Source of the DNA: a virus
Lineage: Duplodnaviria; Caudoviricetes
Reading direction: 5' to 3' (one strand)
Virus record (IMG/VR): IMGVR_UViG_3300021579_000020
Coordinates: 1-37,392 of that record
Length of the DNA stretch: 37,392 nucleotides
In this document: positions 1 through 6,303 of the stretch, one piece after another
Position numbering within the stretch: position 1 is the stretch's first letter
How the letters are laid out: every line of letters begins with the position of its first letter
Notes under the pieces: model-generated
The model's database searches: none
What the model was told of the DNA's origin: nothing
The model's input: only the letters and a program-made list of their open reading frames with translations
Made by a program: the position numbers and the translations under genes

Positions 1-531
1 TTATTTGTACAAGTTTTGATTTGTTGTAGATTTCAACAACAGATGTTTCCCCATATTCCACTATTGTTTCACTCATTTTATTTCCCCTTCCATTTCTTAG
101 TAAGTTCCTCCGTTTCCGTTTTTACATTGTAAAAATTTAATAGCTTCCGGAACATTCCCCATGCTTGTTTATCTTCGGCGTTGGTTAGTGTAGTTTTGCC
201 ATCTTGGTCAATTTCTAATACGTATAATTTCTTTGGCGGAAAATCAGGATACAATTTTGCGTATGCTGCTAGTTGTATAGGGTCGAGTATCTTGTTGTAA
301 GGTCTTGATTTGATATCGATAATCGCCTCTTCGAACACTAAATCCGGCGTTCCACCGTAAAAAAGTTTAGGGTGATACGTTGGTTTTTCAACAATTAGTT
401 TTTGATTCCCAAAATCAAGCGCAGACTCAAACCACTTTATAAACCCTTCCAGAGGCTTAACCAAAGCCTCGTCCAGCAATTGGTTATAGTTTAACCATGA
501 CTCAATAGTGCTATGTAAGGCCGTGCCGAAT
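1..531. repeat. Terminal redundancy, copy 1 (circularisation overlap containing allele 1 of the exonuclease 3' half)
   Basis: 1-99 is identical to 36856-36954 and 431-531 is identical to 37292-37392; the sequence between them is homologous but diverged. Confidence 0.95.
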
Positions 532-677
532 GCCTGCGCTCGTTGCAATGCATCGGCAGGCACATTACGATAACAATCAAGTGGCTCAATGATTTCCGAT
601 ACACTTGGCAAGCGCCTTTCTCCTAGCCAGTACGTATGGCTTTCCGGCTCGAATAGGAAATAATCTTTAGTTTCCAA
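78..677 (-). CDS. PD-(D/E)XK (Cas4/YqaJ-like) phage exonuclease
   Basis: Motifs H-x-Y...LPSVSEI, GTALH, VEKP, YGGTPD, IIDIKS, QLAAY; lies next to a Bet recombinase. Confidence 0.85.
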   Translation of the reverse strand: METKDYFLFEPESHTYWLGERRLPSVSEIIEPLDCYRNVPADALQRAQAFGTALHSTIESWLNYNQLLDEALVKPLEGFIKWFESALDFGNQKLIVEKPTYHPKLFYGGTPDLVFEEAIIDIKSRPYNKILDPIQLAAYAKLYPDFPPKKLYVLEIDQDGKTTLTNAEDKQAWGMFRKLLNFYNVKTETEELTKKWKGK

Positions 678-1686
678 GTTCGCCGTCCTCGCTGGTGTCT
701 ACAGCATCTGCCAGCATGTTTTCCTTTAATTCGTCCTTCGGTTCATCGCCTTCAATCAGGTCGATTCCTGCAATTTTATTGCCATATTTATCTGTTTTGA
801 ATTGTAATTTCACTTTGATGCCGTTGTCTATTGATGTTTTTGCCAGCGTGGCAAATTTTTCATTAGTAGAGGTGTAAGTATTCTCTTTCGAGTCGTACAC
901 GGTAAAAATGGGAAATTTCTTCTTTGTTTCAGAATTTTCTACCTCTTTTTTAGTTACTTTCAACAGCCCGGTAATTATTTGGTGTATATCGCCATCGTTT
1001 TTGGCTTCCGGCTGCCTAACTTCCGGCTTACCGCTCGGAACTGGAACTGGTATAACAGGATCCTGACCCATTTCGTATTGTGGTAATTCTTGGATTGTAT
1101 TTATTTCTTCTGGTGAATATAACCCTCCAAACGCGTCTGGGAATGCCTCTCTCAGGCTTTGTGTGAGTGATACCTTCCTTATCATTGTGGCTGATTTCTC
1201 TTGCCACATTTTTGATATTCCCCCGTCTTTCTTTCTCCCTATATATTCGTCTAATTTAACTTCATTCCTGAATGGGATTTTCCTATCTTTACGATAAACT
1301 TCCGCCCAGCCTCCTAATAATATTTCGCTCGACGTATGGAAGCTCCCCTCTCGATATATCACAACCCCACTACTAATAACTATTATGCCCGCCCGAAACC
1401 CATCATACTGTGGCTGCTTGTCCGCCCTTTTGGTAAATGTTTCCTTGCCTACAACCACAAATGCAGGGGTATCGCTTCCGTATTTGATAAGATATGCCTC
1501 TCGCAAAAAGGGATTAAGGTTCTGTGCTTTGCAAAGCTGCAAAAACATGTATGTTTCTTGCTCCGTAGCTGTGGGGCAGATATATTTCTTGATAATATTA
1601 ATGTCCAAAGCCACAGGCTTTTCTTCCTGTTTTATCGCGATATTTTTTCCCGCTCCATCTTGATTCATCAAATCGTAATTTGTCAT
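667..1686 (-). CDS. bet: Phage single-strand annealing recombinase (RecT/Bet family)
   Basis: FLQLCKAQNLNPFLREAYLIKYG, VGKETFTKRA, GGWAEVYRKDR, W...ATMIRKVSLTQSLREAFP..FGGLYSPEE. Confidence 0.9.
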   Translation of the reverse strand: MTNYDLMNQDGAGKNIAIKQEEKPVALDINIIKKYICPTATEQETYMFLQLCKAQNLNPFLREAYLIKYGSDTPAFVVVGKETFTKRADKQPQYDGFRAGIIVISSGVVIYREGSFHTSSEILLGGWAEVYRKDRKIPFRNEVKLDEYIGRKKDGGISKMWQEKSATMIRKVSLTQSLREAFPDAFGGLYSPEEINTIQELPQYEMGQDPVIPVPVPSGKPEVRQPEAKNDGDIHQIITGLLKVTKKEVENSETKKKFPIFTVYDSKENTYTSTNEKFATLAKTSIDNGIKVKLQFKTDKYGNKIAGIDLIEGDEPKDELKENMLADAVDTSEDGELGN

Positions 1687-1721
1687 TTTTCAACCCCTTC
1701 TTTCTTGCTAATTTTTGGCAT
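1683..1721 (-). CDS. Putative 12-aa leader ORF (MPKISKKEGVEK), translationally coupled to bet
   Basis: Strong SD AAGGAG 5 nt before the ATG; its stop overlaps the bet start (ATGA). Confidence 0.4.
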   Translation of the reverse strand: MPKISKKEGVEK

Positions 1722-1722
1722 G

Positions 1723-1872
1723 CTATCTCCTTTCCAAAATTTCCCCTAAGTCAGTAATTATTTCAGCAGAATCTAAAATTTCTCCCGCTTGAGTTACATA
1801 TCTATCGTACAAAGCAAGTACATCGTTGTACAATGCCTCATATTCTTTCTTCCAGTTTTTTTCTTCTTTCAC
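1723..1872 (-). CDS. Small 49-aa hypothetical protein (MKEEKNWKKEYEALYNDVLALYDRY...)
   Basis: GTG start after a purine-rich SD; fills the gap between the RNA element and bet; absent from the supplied ORF track. Confidence 0.6.
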   Translation of the reverse strand: MKEEKNWKKEYEALYNDVLALYDRYVTQAGEILDSAEIITDLGEILERR

Positions 1873-1894
1873 CTCTTTTCCCTTTTTCCCCAAC

Positions 1895-1986
1895 AAAAAA
1901 ACCTTGACCCCCGCAGGAGATAGCTGCGAAAGTCAAGGTCTCGGTTTTGCGTTTAAAAAAAATAATCAAGCCTATCTCTCTTGATT
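1895..1986 (-). ncRNA. Kissing-loop leader/attenuator element C
   Basis: Hairpin AAUCAAG-AGAGAUAGG-CUUGAUU, then a 16-bp stem (three U.G pairs, possible only on the minus strand) with loop CUAUCUC and a U-tract. Confidence 0.7.
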
Positions 1987-1994
1987 GTTTCAGT

Positions 1995-2023
1995 AATTTA
2001 CCAAAATGTTTTTGGTAAGTCAA
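1995..2023 (-). promoter_or_regulatory. Sigma70-type promoter with an overlapping palindromic operator
   Basis: TTGACT-17 nt-TAAATT with extended -10 TG; perfect inverted repeat TTACCAAAA-N3-TTTTGGTAA at 1998-2018. Confidence 0.7.
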
Positions 2024-2068
2024 AGAAATTCTAAAATAAATTTCACATCTCCTTGTAAGTCTTTAAAA

Positions 2069-2266
2069 TCAAGGCTTCTCGGCCTTCTCTACGAACGATT
2101 CTATGATGCTAATTTCCCTATTCAGCGATTCAATCTTACCCATGATTTTCCCACGAATACAATCATGGGCAATATCTAATGTGCCTCGCCAGGCGGCCAC
2201 CTCGTTACGGAGTTTGGCAATCTCATCTTGCCGGGCTTGATGGATGCCCATGTCAAATATATTCAT
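2069..2266 (-). CDS. Hypothetical protein, 65 aa
   Basis: SD AGGAG; ATGA overlap with the upstream gene; a partial copy exists at 3195-3265. Confidence 0.7.
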   Translation of the reverse strand: MNIFDMGIHQARQDEIAKLRNEVAAWRGTLDIAHDCIRGKIMGKIESLNREISIIESFVEKAEKP

Positions 2267-2631
2267 AAATTTGTCTCCTTTTCCTCAATTATCGCCCAGC
2301 ACTTATCATTACAATAGTTTTTAAGAAGCAAAGTAAATCGCTCAAACGCAACAGGTTCATGCGTAAATAATTCTATCACATTACCTCCGCCAACGCCTTC
2401 GGTGATTATCGCCATATGCCTGTCATCTACCTTGCAAAATTTAATCCACCTGAAAAATTTATCGTAATATCCTGATGGACAAAATACCTTACTGCCTACT
2501 TCTTTTAATATAGGCACATTTACATCAGGTATCCATTTTGGTTTACCATCTTCCAAGATGCATATTGCGCATCCTGTTGCGCTTGCTTTCTTTGCGTTCC
2601 TGTAATATCTGTACGTTTTCACTTTCCCCAT
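2263..2631 (-). CDS. Hypothetical protein (start may be the GTG at 2622)
   Basis: ORF after SD AAGGAG; its 5' end is duplicated at 3266-3310. Confidence 0.7.
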   Translation of the reverse strand: MGKVKTYRYYRNAKKASATGCAICILEDGKPKWIPDVNVPILKEVGSKVFCPSGYYDKFFRWIKFCKVDDRHMAIITEGVGGGNVIELFTHEPVAFERFTLLLKNYCNDKCWAIIEEKETNL

Positions 2632-2641
2632 CTCCTTAAAA

Positions 2642-2687
2642 TTCCGGTTTTACGGGCTGACCGGAAACCCAAGGCCGTGAAACTTAA
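2642..2687 (-). promoter_or_regulatory. Intergenic RNA element, copy 1 (TAA-GTTTCACGGCCTTGGG plus alternative hairpins)
   Basis: 20-mer at 2668-2687 is identical to 3663-3682; stems GUUUCACGG/CCGUAAAAC and UUCCGGU/ACCGGAA. Confidence 0.6.
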
Positions 2688-3022
2688 ACATTAATATTAA
2701 CCTCCGTCGTAATAGTATACGATAGAGTATTGCGCCAGGCTTTTATGTCATCTACGCGTCGTTGCAGCTCGGCTTGCAGATCTGCCGCAGAGCAACCAGG
2801 CGTAATTACCTGCCACTTGAAAATTTTACAATCCATCCCGATTGTCGTGCATATATTTATTACTTTCCCTTCCGTTATCACGCCTTTTCCTGCCTCCCGA
2901 GTGATGCCGTACAGTTTTCGGAATATGTTATAATCAACATATTCCTCGCCATTAATAGTCGCCGTATACCTCACGTGCTCTTTGCATCCAACATCTTTCT
3001 TCGCAGTTCTAGTGATCTTCAT
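2684..3022 (-). CDS. Hypothetical protein, 112 aa (first gene of cassette 2)
   Basis: ATG at 3022 after a GGAG/GGGG SD; the longer start in the track runs through the 5' hairpin. Confidence 0.7.
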   Translation of the reverse strand: MKITRTAKKDVGCKEHVRYTATINGEEYVDYNIFRKLYGITREAGKGVITEGKVINICTTIGMDCKIFKWQVITPGCSAADLQAELQRRVDDIKAWRNTLSYTITTEVNINV

Positions 3023-3049
3023 TTTCCCCGCTCCTCTCTTAATCCCCTT

Positions 3050-3188
3050 GGTGCAAGGCTTAATCGCCTTTTGCATCTAACTAATAGGCATTTCGTGTGC
3101 CATTCCCCTAAAATTACTTTTGCAATCGCCAGCAAAGCCTTACAAAATAAGGCGTTAGAGGTTTTTTAAAAATAATCTTAAAAAAATT
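3050..3188 (-). repeat. ~140-bp cassette head (sigma54 promoter plus 5' hairpin), copy 2
   Basis: Clearly alignable to 4409-4547. Confidence 0.9.
3088..3102 (-). promoter_or_regulatory. Sigma54 (-24/-12) promoter
   Basis: TGGCAC-ACGAA-ATGC, exact GG-N10-GC spacing. Confidence 0.75.
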
Positions 3189-3194
3189 AACCCC

Positions 3195-3310
3195 GTGCCT
3201 CGCCAGGCGGCTACCTCGTTACGTAATCTGGCAATCTCATCTTGCCTAGCTTGTTGGATCCCCATTGCGCTTGCTTTCTTTGCGTTCCTGTAATATTTGT
3301 ACGTTTTCAT
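3195..3310 (-). pseudogene. Deletion remnant fusing the start of the 2263-2631 gene to part of the 2069-2266 gene
   Basis: 3266-3309 matches 2577-2621 (KTY.YYRNAKKASA) and 3195-3264 matches 2181-2250 (QARQDEIA.LRNEVAAWRGT); the junction is out of frame. Confidence 0.8.
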
Positions 3311-3344
3311 TTTATTTCTCCCTTCCAAATTTGCAAGGCATGGG

Positions 3345-3623
3345 CTACATCGTATCCCTCCACTTTAAATCTTTCCCTCTCTCTTCATATTTAACGATGT
3401 CAATAAGACTGTTACCATACAACCACATTATTGTATGTGATTTATTGTCCCTGTCCACTACCTCGATTGTCCGAGGATTTGACGTTCCTGGAACAGGCCA
3501 AGAATGTATTGTGCCTACCATATTGCAATATTCCCTTCTATTGCAATATCCTTTCACTTTTACCATATCTCCATCGTAATACACAACCCCTTTTGCATCT
3601 GTGTATATGTATATTTTTCCCAT
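3345..3623 (-). CDS. Hypothetical protein, 92 aa
   Basis: ATG at 3623 after SD GGGAG. Confidence 0.65.
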   Translation of the reverse strand: MGKIYIYTDAKGVVYYDGDMVKVKGYCNRREYCNMVGTIHSWPVPGTSNPRTIEVVDRDNKSHTIMWLYGNSLIDIVKYEERGKDLKWRDTM

Positions 3624-3630
3624 TTTACTC

Positions 3631-3682
3631 ACTCCCTCCCACGGGGAGTTTCTCGGCACTCCCCCAAGGCCGTGAAACTTAA
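3631..3682 (-). promoter_or_regulatory. Intergenic RNA element, copy 2
   Basis: Same 20-mer; stems GUUUCACGGC/GCCGAGAAAC and GGGGAGU/ACUCCCC. Confidence 0.6.
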
Positions 3683-4380
3683 TCTTCTATTCCGTAGTTT
3701 TCTTCTGCATTCGCTTGTGCAAGTTTTCGGCGATATTTAATCTCTGGATTTCCTGAGTAATTGCCACAATCGCCATCGCAATAAGATTCACAATTGAAGC
3801 AATATCCTGTTGATATTTTATTTTCGATATCTTCTTTTATTGCTGCCTTACGGGCCGGAGCTCCTTCCCACTTTGTACGGGCTGCATTGATTTTGCCCAG
3901 TATTTCCGCATCCGTTTGGCTTGCACTATCTACATCATGCCCCATAATTAGGGCACTTTTGCATTCCGATAGGATTTCTTTATCTGATTTTGTGATATCT
4001 CCAATCCACTCTACGGGGCTATAATCGCCCCAACCGCAAGAAGATAACCAGATTCTTACTTGCTTCCTTTTTTCTGTTTTTTCTTCCTCGGCTTTTTTAT
4101 CTTGTTGCATTTTTACAGGGTGAGTTGCCCACATATCATCATCTCCAGCCCATATCCCATTATCGTTGTAGCCAAGCCTTACCCATGCATAGGCAGGGAT
4201 GCTATCGTATTTCCCAGCCTTAATGTCAGAAATAACTCTCCGCTTAGTGTTATCATCTGTGATTCCTAAAATAGGTATACCCTGATACCATAGTGTGCCA
4301 TCTGCCTTAATAATTACTTTTGCTGCAGGTAGATTGATTTTTACTTCTTCTCCTCTCACAATTCTAAGTATCCCCTTCAT
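3679..4380 (-). CDS. Hypothetical protein with C-terminal Cys cluster (CFNCESYCDGDC; probable metal binding)
   Basis: ATG at 4380 after AAGGAG; first gene of cassette 1. Confidence 0.75.
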   Translation of the reverse strand: MKGILRIVRGEEVKINLPAAKVIIKADGTLWYQGIPILGITDDNTKRRVISDIKAGKYDSIPAYAWVRLGYNDNGIWAGDDDMWATHPVKMQQDKKAEEEKTEKRKQVRIWLSSCGWGDYSPVEWIGDITKSDKEILSECKSALIMGHDVDSASQTDAEILGKINAARTKWEGAPARKAAIKEDIENKISTGYCFNCESYCDGDCGNYSGNPEIKYRRKLAQANAEENYGIED

Positions 4381-4408
4381 TTTATCTCCTTCTTCTTTTA
4401 TTCCCATC

Positions 4409-4547
4409 GGTGCAAGGCTTAATCGCCTTTTGCACTTAACTAATAAGCATTCGGCGTGCCATTTCCTGTAAAATTATTTTTTAAATCGCCCGCAAAGCCA
4501 ATAAAATCAAGGCGTTTAAGGTTTTTTAAAAATAATTTAAAAAAATC
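4409..4547 (-). repeat. ~140-bp cassette head, copy 1
   Basis: Alignable to 3050-3188; identical hairpin TGCAAAAGGC-GATTAA-GCCTTGCA. Confidence 0.9.
4447..4461 (-). promoter_or_regulatory. Sigma54 (-24/-12) promoter
   Basis: TGGCAC-GCCGA-ATGC; relative to the other copy the spacer varies and the boxes are conserved. Confidence 0.75.
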
Positions 4548-4589
4548 TAAAAGGCAAAATAACCGTGCCAAAGCCCTTAAAATCCCCAA

Positions 4590-4700
4590 AACCATTTCAA
4601 ACTTGCAATGCCTTAAGTTCCGGTGGGGAATGCAAATGCTTGCAAATTAAGGCTTTGCGCCAATTCATTGCATTTTGCAATACTTATTTCACCACTGCAA
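4590..4700. promoter_or_regulatory. Candidate enhancer (UAS) region with TGCA palindromes
   Basis: TGCAA-ATGC-TTGCA (4631-4644) and ATTGCA-TTT-TGCAAT (4667-4681), 170-220 bp upstream of the sigma54 site. Confidence 0.45.
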
Positions 4701-4805
4701 GGCGTGATTTTGAAATCTTTCCCCACCTATCAAGGGAGTAAAAATTAATCAAAATAATTTCCTCGCATTATTAAAAGATTAATGGTACAAAATAGCATAA
4801 ATAAG

Positions 4806-4912
4806 ATTACGGATTCGAGACGTAATTGAAATAAATATAACAGGCCGGGAATGGCCAAAACTGAACCCCAGTAAAGTTTGCTCGAATCATTCTTTACTGG
4901 GGTTTTTGTTTT
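4806..4912 (+). ncRNA. Kissing-loop leader/attenuator element A
   Basis: AUUACG-GAUUCGAGA-CGUAAU hairpin; GGCC-GGGAAU-GGCC hairpin; 13-bp terminator stem whose loop contains CUCGAAUC; U-tract. Confidence 0.7.
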
Positions 4913-4922
4913 GAGGGAAAAT

Positions 4923-5297
4923 ATGAAATTAACAACAAAAGAAAGAGAATTACTAGAAGAATCAATAGAGCATTGGAATAAAGATATTATTGATAATTTT
5001 ACAATTCATAACAAAACAATTTGTGAATTTGCCAGCACACTGTGGAATGATGGAAGCCTGATATGTGATTTTGAATTATATTGTCCTCTTTGCATAAAAT
5101 ATATGCGCCATAATATTAGAGGAGTATGTACAAGGTGTCCGTATTTCAAGTTTTATAAAATTAATTGTGACTATCACAATAAGTTCGAACTGAATGGCAA
5201 AAAGGGGCATTGGTACGCCTGGAGAATGAATAAAACATTAGAATCGGCAATAGCCATGAGAAATGCGTTGCAAAGGATAGTGGATTCAAATAAGTAA
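4923..5297 (+). CDS. Hypothetical Cys-rich protein (CPLC...CTRCPY...C)
   Basis: ATG at 4923 after GAGGG; 124 aa. Confidence 0.75.
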   Translation: MKLTTKERELLEESIEHWNKDIIDNFTIHNKTICEFASTLWNDGSLICDFELYCPLCIKYMRHNIRGVCTRCPYFKFYKINCDYHNKFELNGKKGHWYAWRMNKTLESAIAMRNALQRIVDSNK

Positions 5298-5307
5298 TAA
5301 AATTTCC

Positions 5308-5335
5308 TTGTATTAGTTGTAAAAAATGATATAAA
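5308..5335 (+). promoter_or_regulatory. Probable sigma70-type promoter for the replication genes
   Basis: TTGTAT-16 nt-TATAAA with extended -10 TG, just upstream of element B. Confidence 0.5.
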
Positions 5336-5353
5336 TTGGCGGGTAAAGATAAG

Positions 5354-5451
5354 GCTTGTATGTATGAGATATAAGCATAGATTGTTTAGGCCGAAAGGCC
5401 GAATATAGGGTTGTGTTGGCTTGCTCATACCAAGTCACACAACCCTTTTTT
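5354..5451 (+). ncRNA. Kissing-loop leader/attenuator element B
   Basis: GCUUGUAU-GUAUGAG-AUAUAAGC hairpin; GGCC-GAAA-GGCC hairpin; 16-bp bulged terminator stem with loop CUCAUAC; U-tract. Confidence 0.75.
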
Positions 5452-5467
5452 ATTGGTTTAGAAACAA

Positions 5468-6303
5468 TGACTAAAAACAAAGGGTGGGTTAGATTATACC
5501 GGCAAATAGAGGATAATCCTCTTTGGTTTGCGGAACCATTTACAAGAGCGCAAGCATGGATAGATTTAATTTTATTGGCAAATCATACAGACGGAATCCT
5601 GGTAATCAGGGGTAATGTCGTAACAATAAAAAGAGGCCAAATAGGATGGTCTCAAGAAAAGTTGGCCGAGCGTTGGAGATGGTCAAGGGGAAAGCTAAAA
5701 AGATTTATAAAATACCTAGAAATGATACAGCAGATAGAACAACAGCAATGCCATGCAGTTACATTACTTACGATAAAAAACTATTGTAAATATCAATCAG
5801 ATGATACAACAGACAGTACGACAGACAGTACAACAGACGGACATCAGACAGTACAACAGACGGACACTAACAAGAATGTTAATAATGTTAATAATGTTAA
5901 TAATGTTAATAATGATAATAATAAATACTCTCTGGTGAATTTCGAAGAAAATGTTAACACCACACCTGATAACACAGATGTTAACGTTGTTAACGTGAGT
6001 GTTAAAAAGAAAAGATTTATCCCGCCCTCTCTCGAAGAAATCAAAAGCTACATACTCGAAAAACAATACACAGTCAATCCGGATACCTTCTTTAACTACT
6101 TCACCGAGGGTAATTGGATTGACTCTAAGGGAAACAAAGTTCGTAACTGGAAACAAAAACTTATAACTTGGGAAAGGAAAAACTATGGACAACCTGGAAG
6201 AAGCATTAGTAGAAGCAAACAACCGCTTGAATCTGAGGAAGGAAAAGAAGGAAAATATGCCAATTTGCCCTGTGAGGTCATCAACGTCGATTTTGTCAAT
6301 TAA
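5468..6303 (+). CDS. Phage replication initiator / replisome organiser (lambda O-like role)
   Basis: KGWVRLYRQI..NPLW...AWIDLILLANH...IKRGQ...LAERWRWS N-terminus; C-terminal FIPPSLEEIK..FFNYFTEGNW..KVRNWK domain; internal repeats. Confidence 0.85.
5809..5919 (+). repeat. Putative replication origin: five 11-12 bp iterons (ACAGACRGKACA-like) followed by (AATGTTAAT)4-AATGATAAT
   Basis: Repeats seen directly; iterons plus an AT-rich tract inside the initiator gene is the lambdoid ori layout. Confidence 0.7.

Noticed and set aside
1-531. Diverged repeat pair as DGR template/variable repeats
   Set aside because: No reverse transcriptase gene; differences are synonymous third-position changes of all types, not adenine-specific
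78-677. CRISPR-associated Cas4
   Set aside because: No Fe-S cysteine cluster and no cas context; it pairs with Bet as a recombination exonuclease
1838-2023. 61-aa ORF in the track
   Set aside because: Starts inside the -35 box and runs through the RNA element; the 1723-1872 ORF fits better
2642-2687. Hammerhead ribozyme (CUGA...GAAAC on the plus strand)
   Set aside because: CUGANGA core is incomplete and absent from the second copy
2668-3682. 20-bp repeats as a CRISPR array or integron attC sites
   Set aside because: Only two copies about 1 kb apart, no cas or integrase gene, and the core orientation does not fit RYYYAAC...GTTRRRY
4553-4570. Third sigma54 promoter TGGCACGGTTATTTTGC
   Set aside because: GG-to-GC spacing is 12, not the strictly required 10; possibly a decayed copy
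4456-4650. 64-aa plus-strand ORF
   Set aside because: Covers the AT-rich promoter/enhancer region, has no SD and looks non-coding
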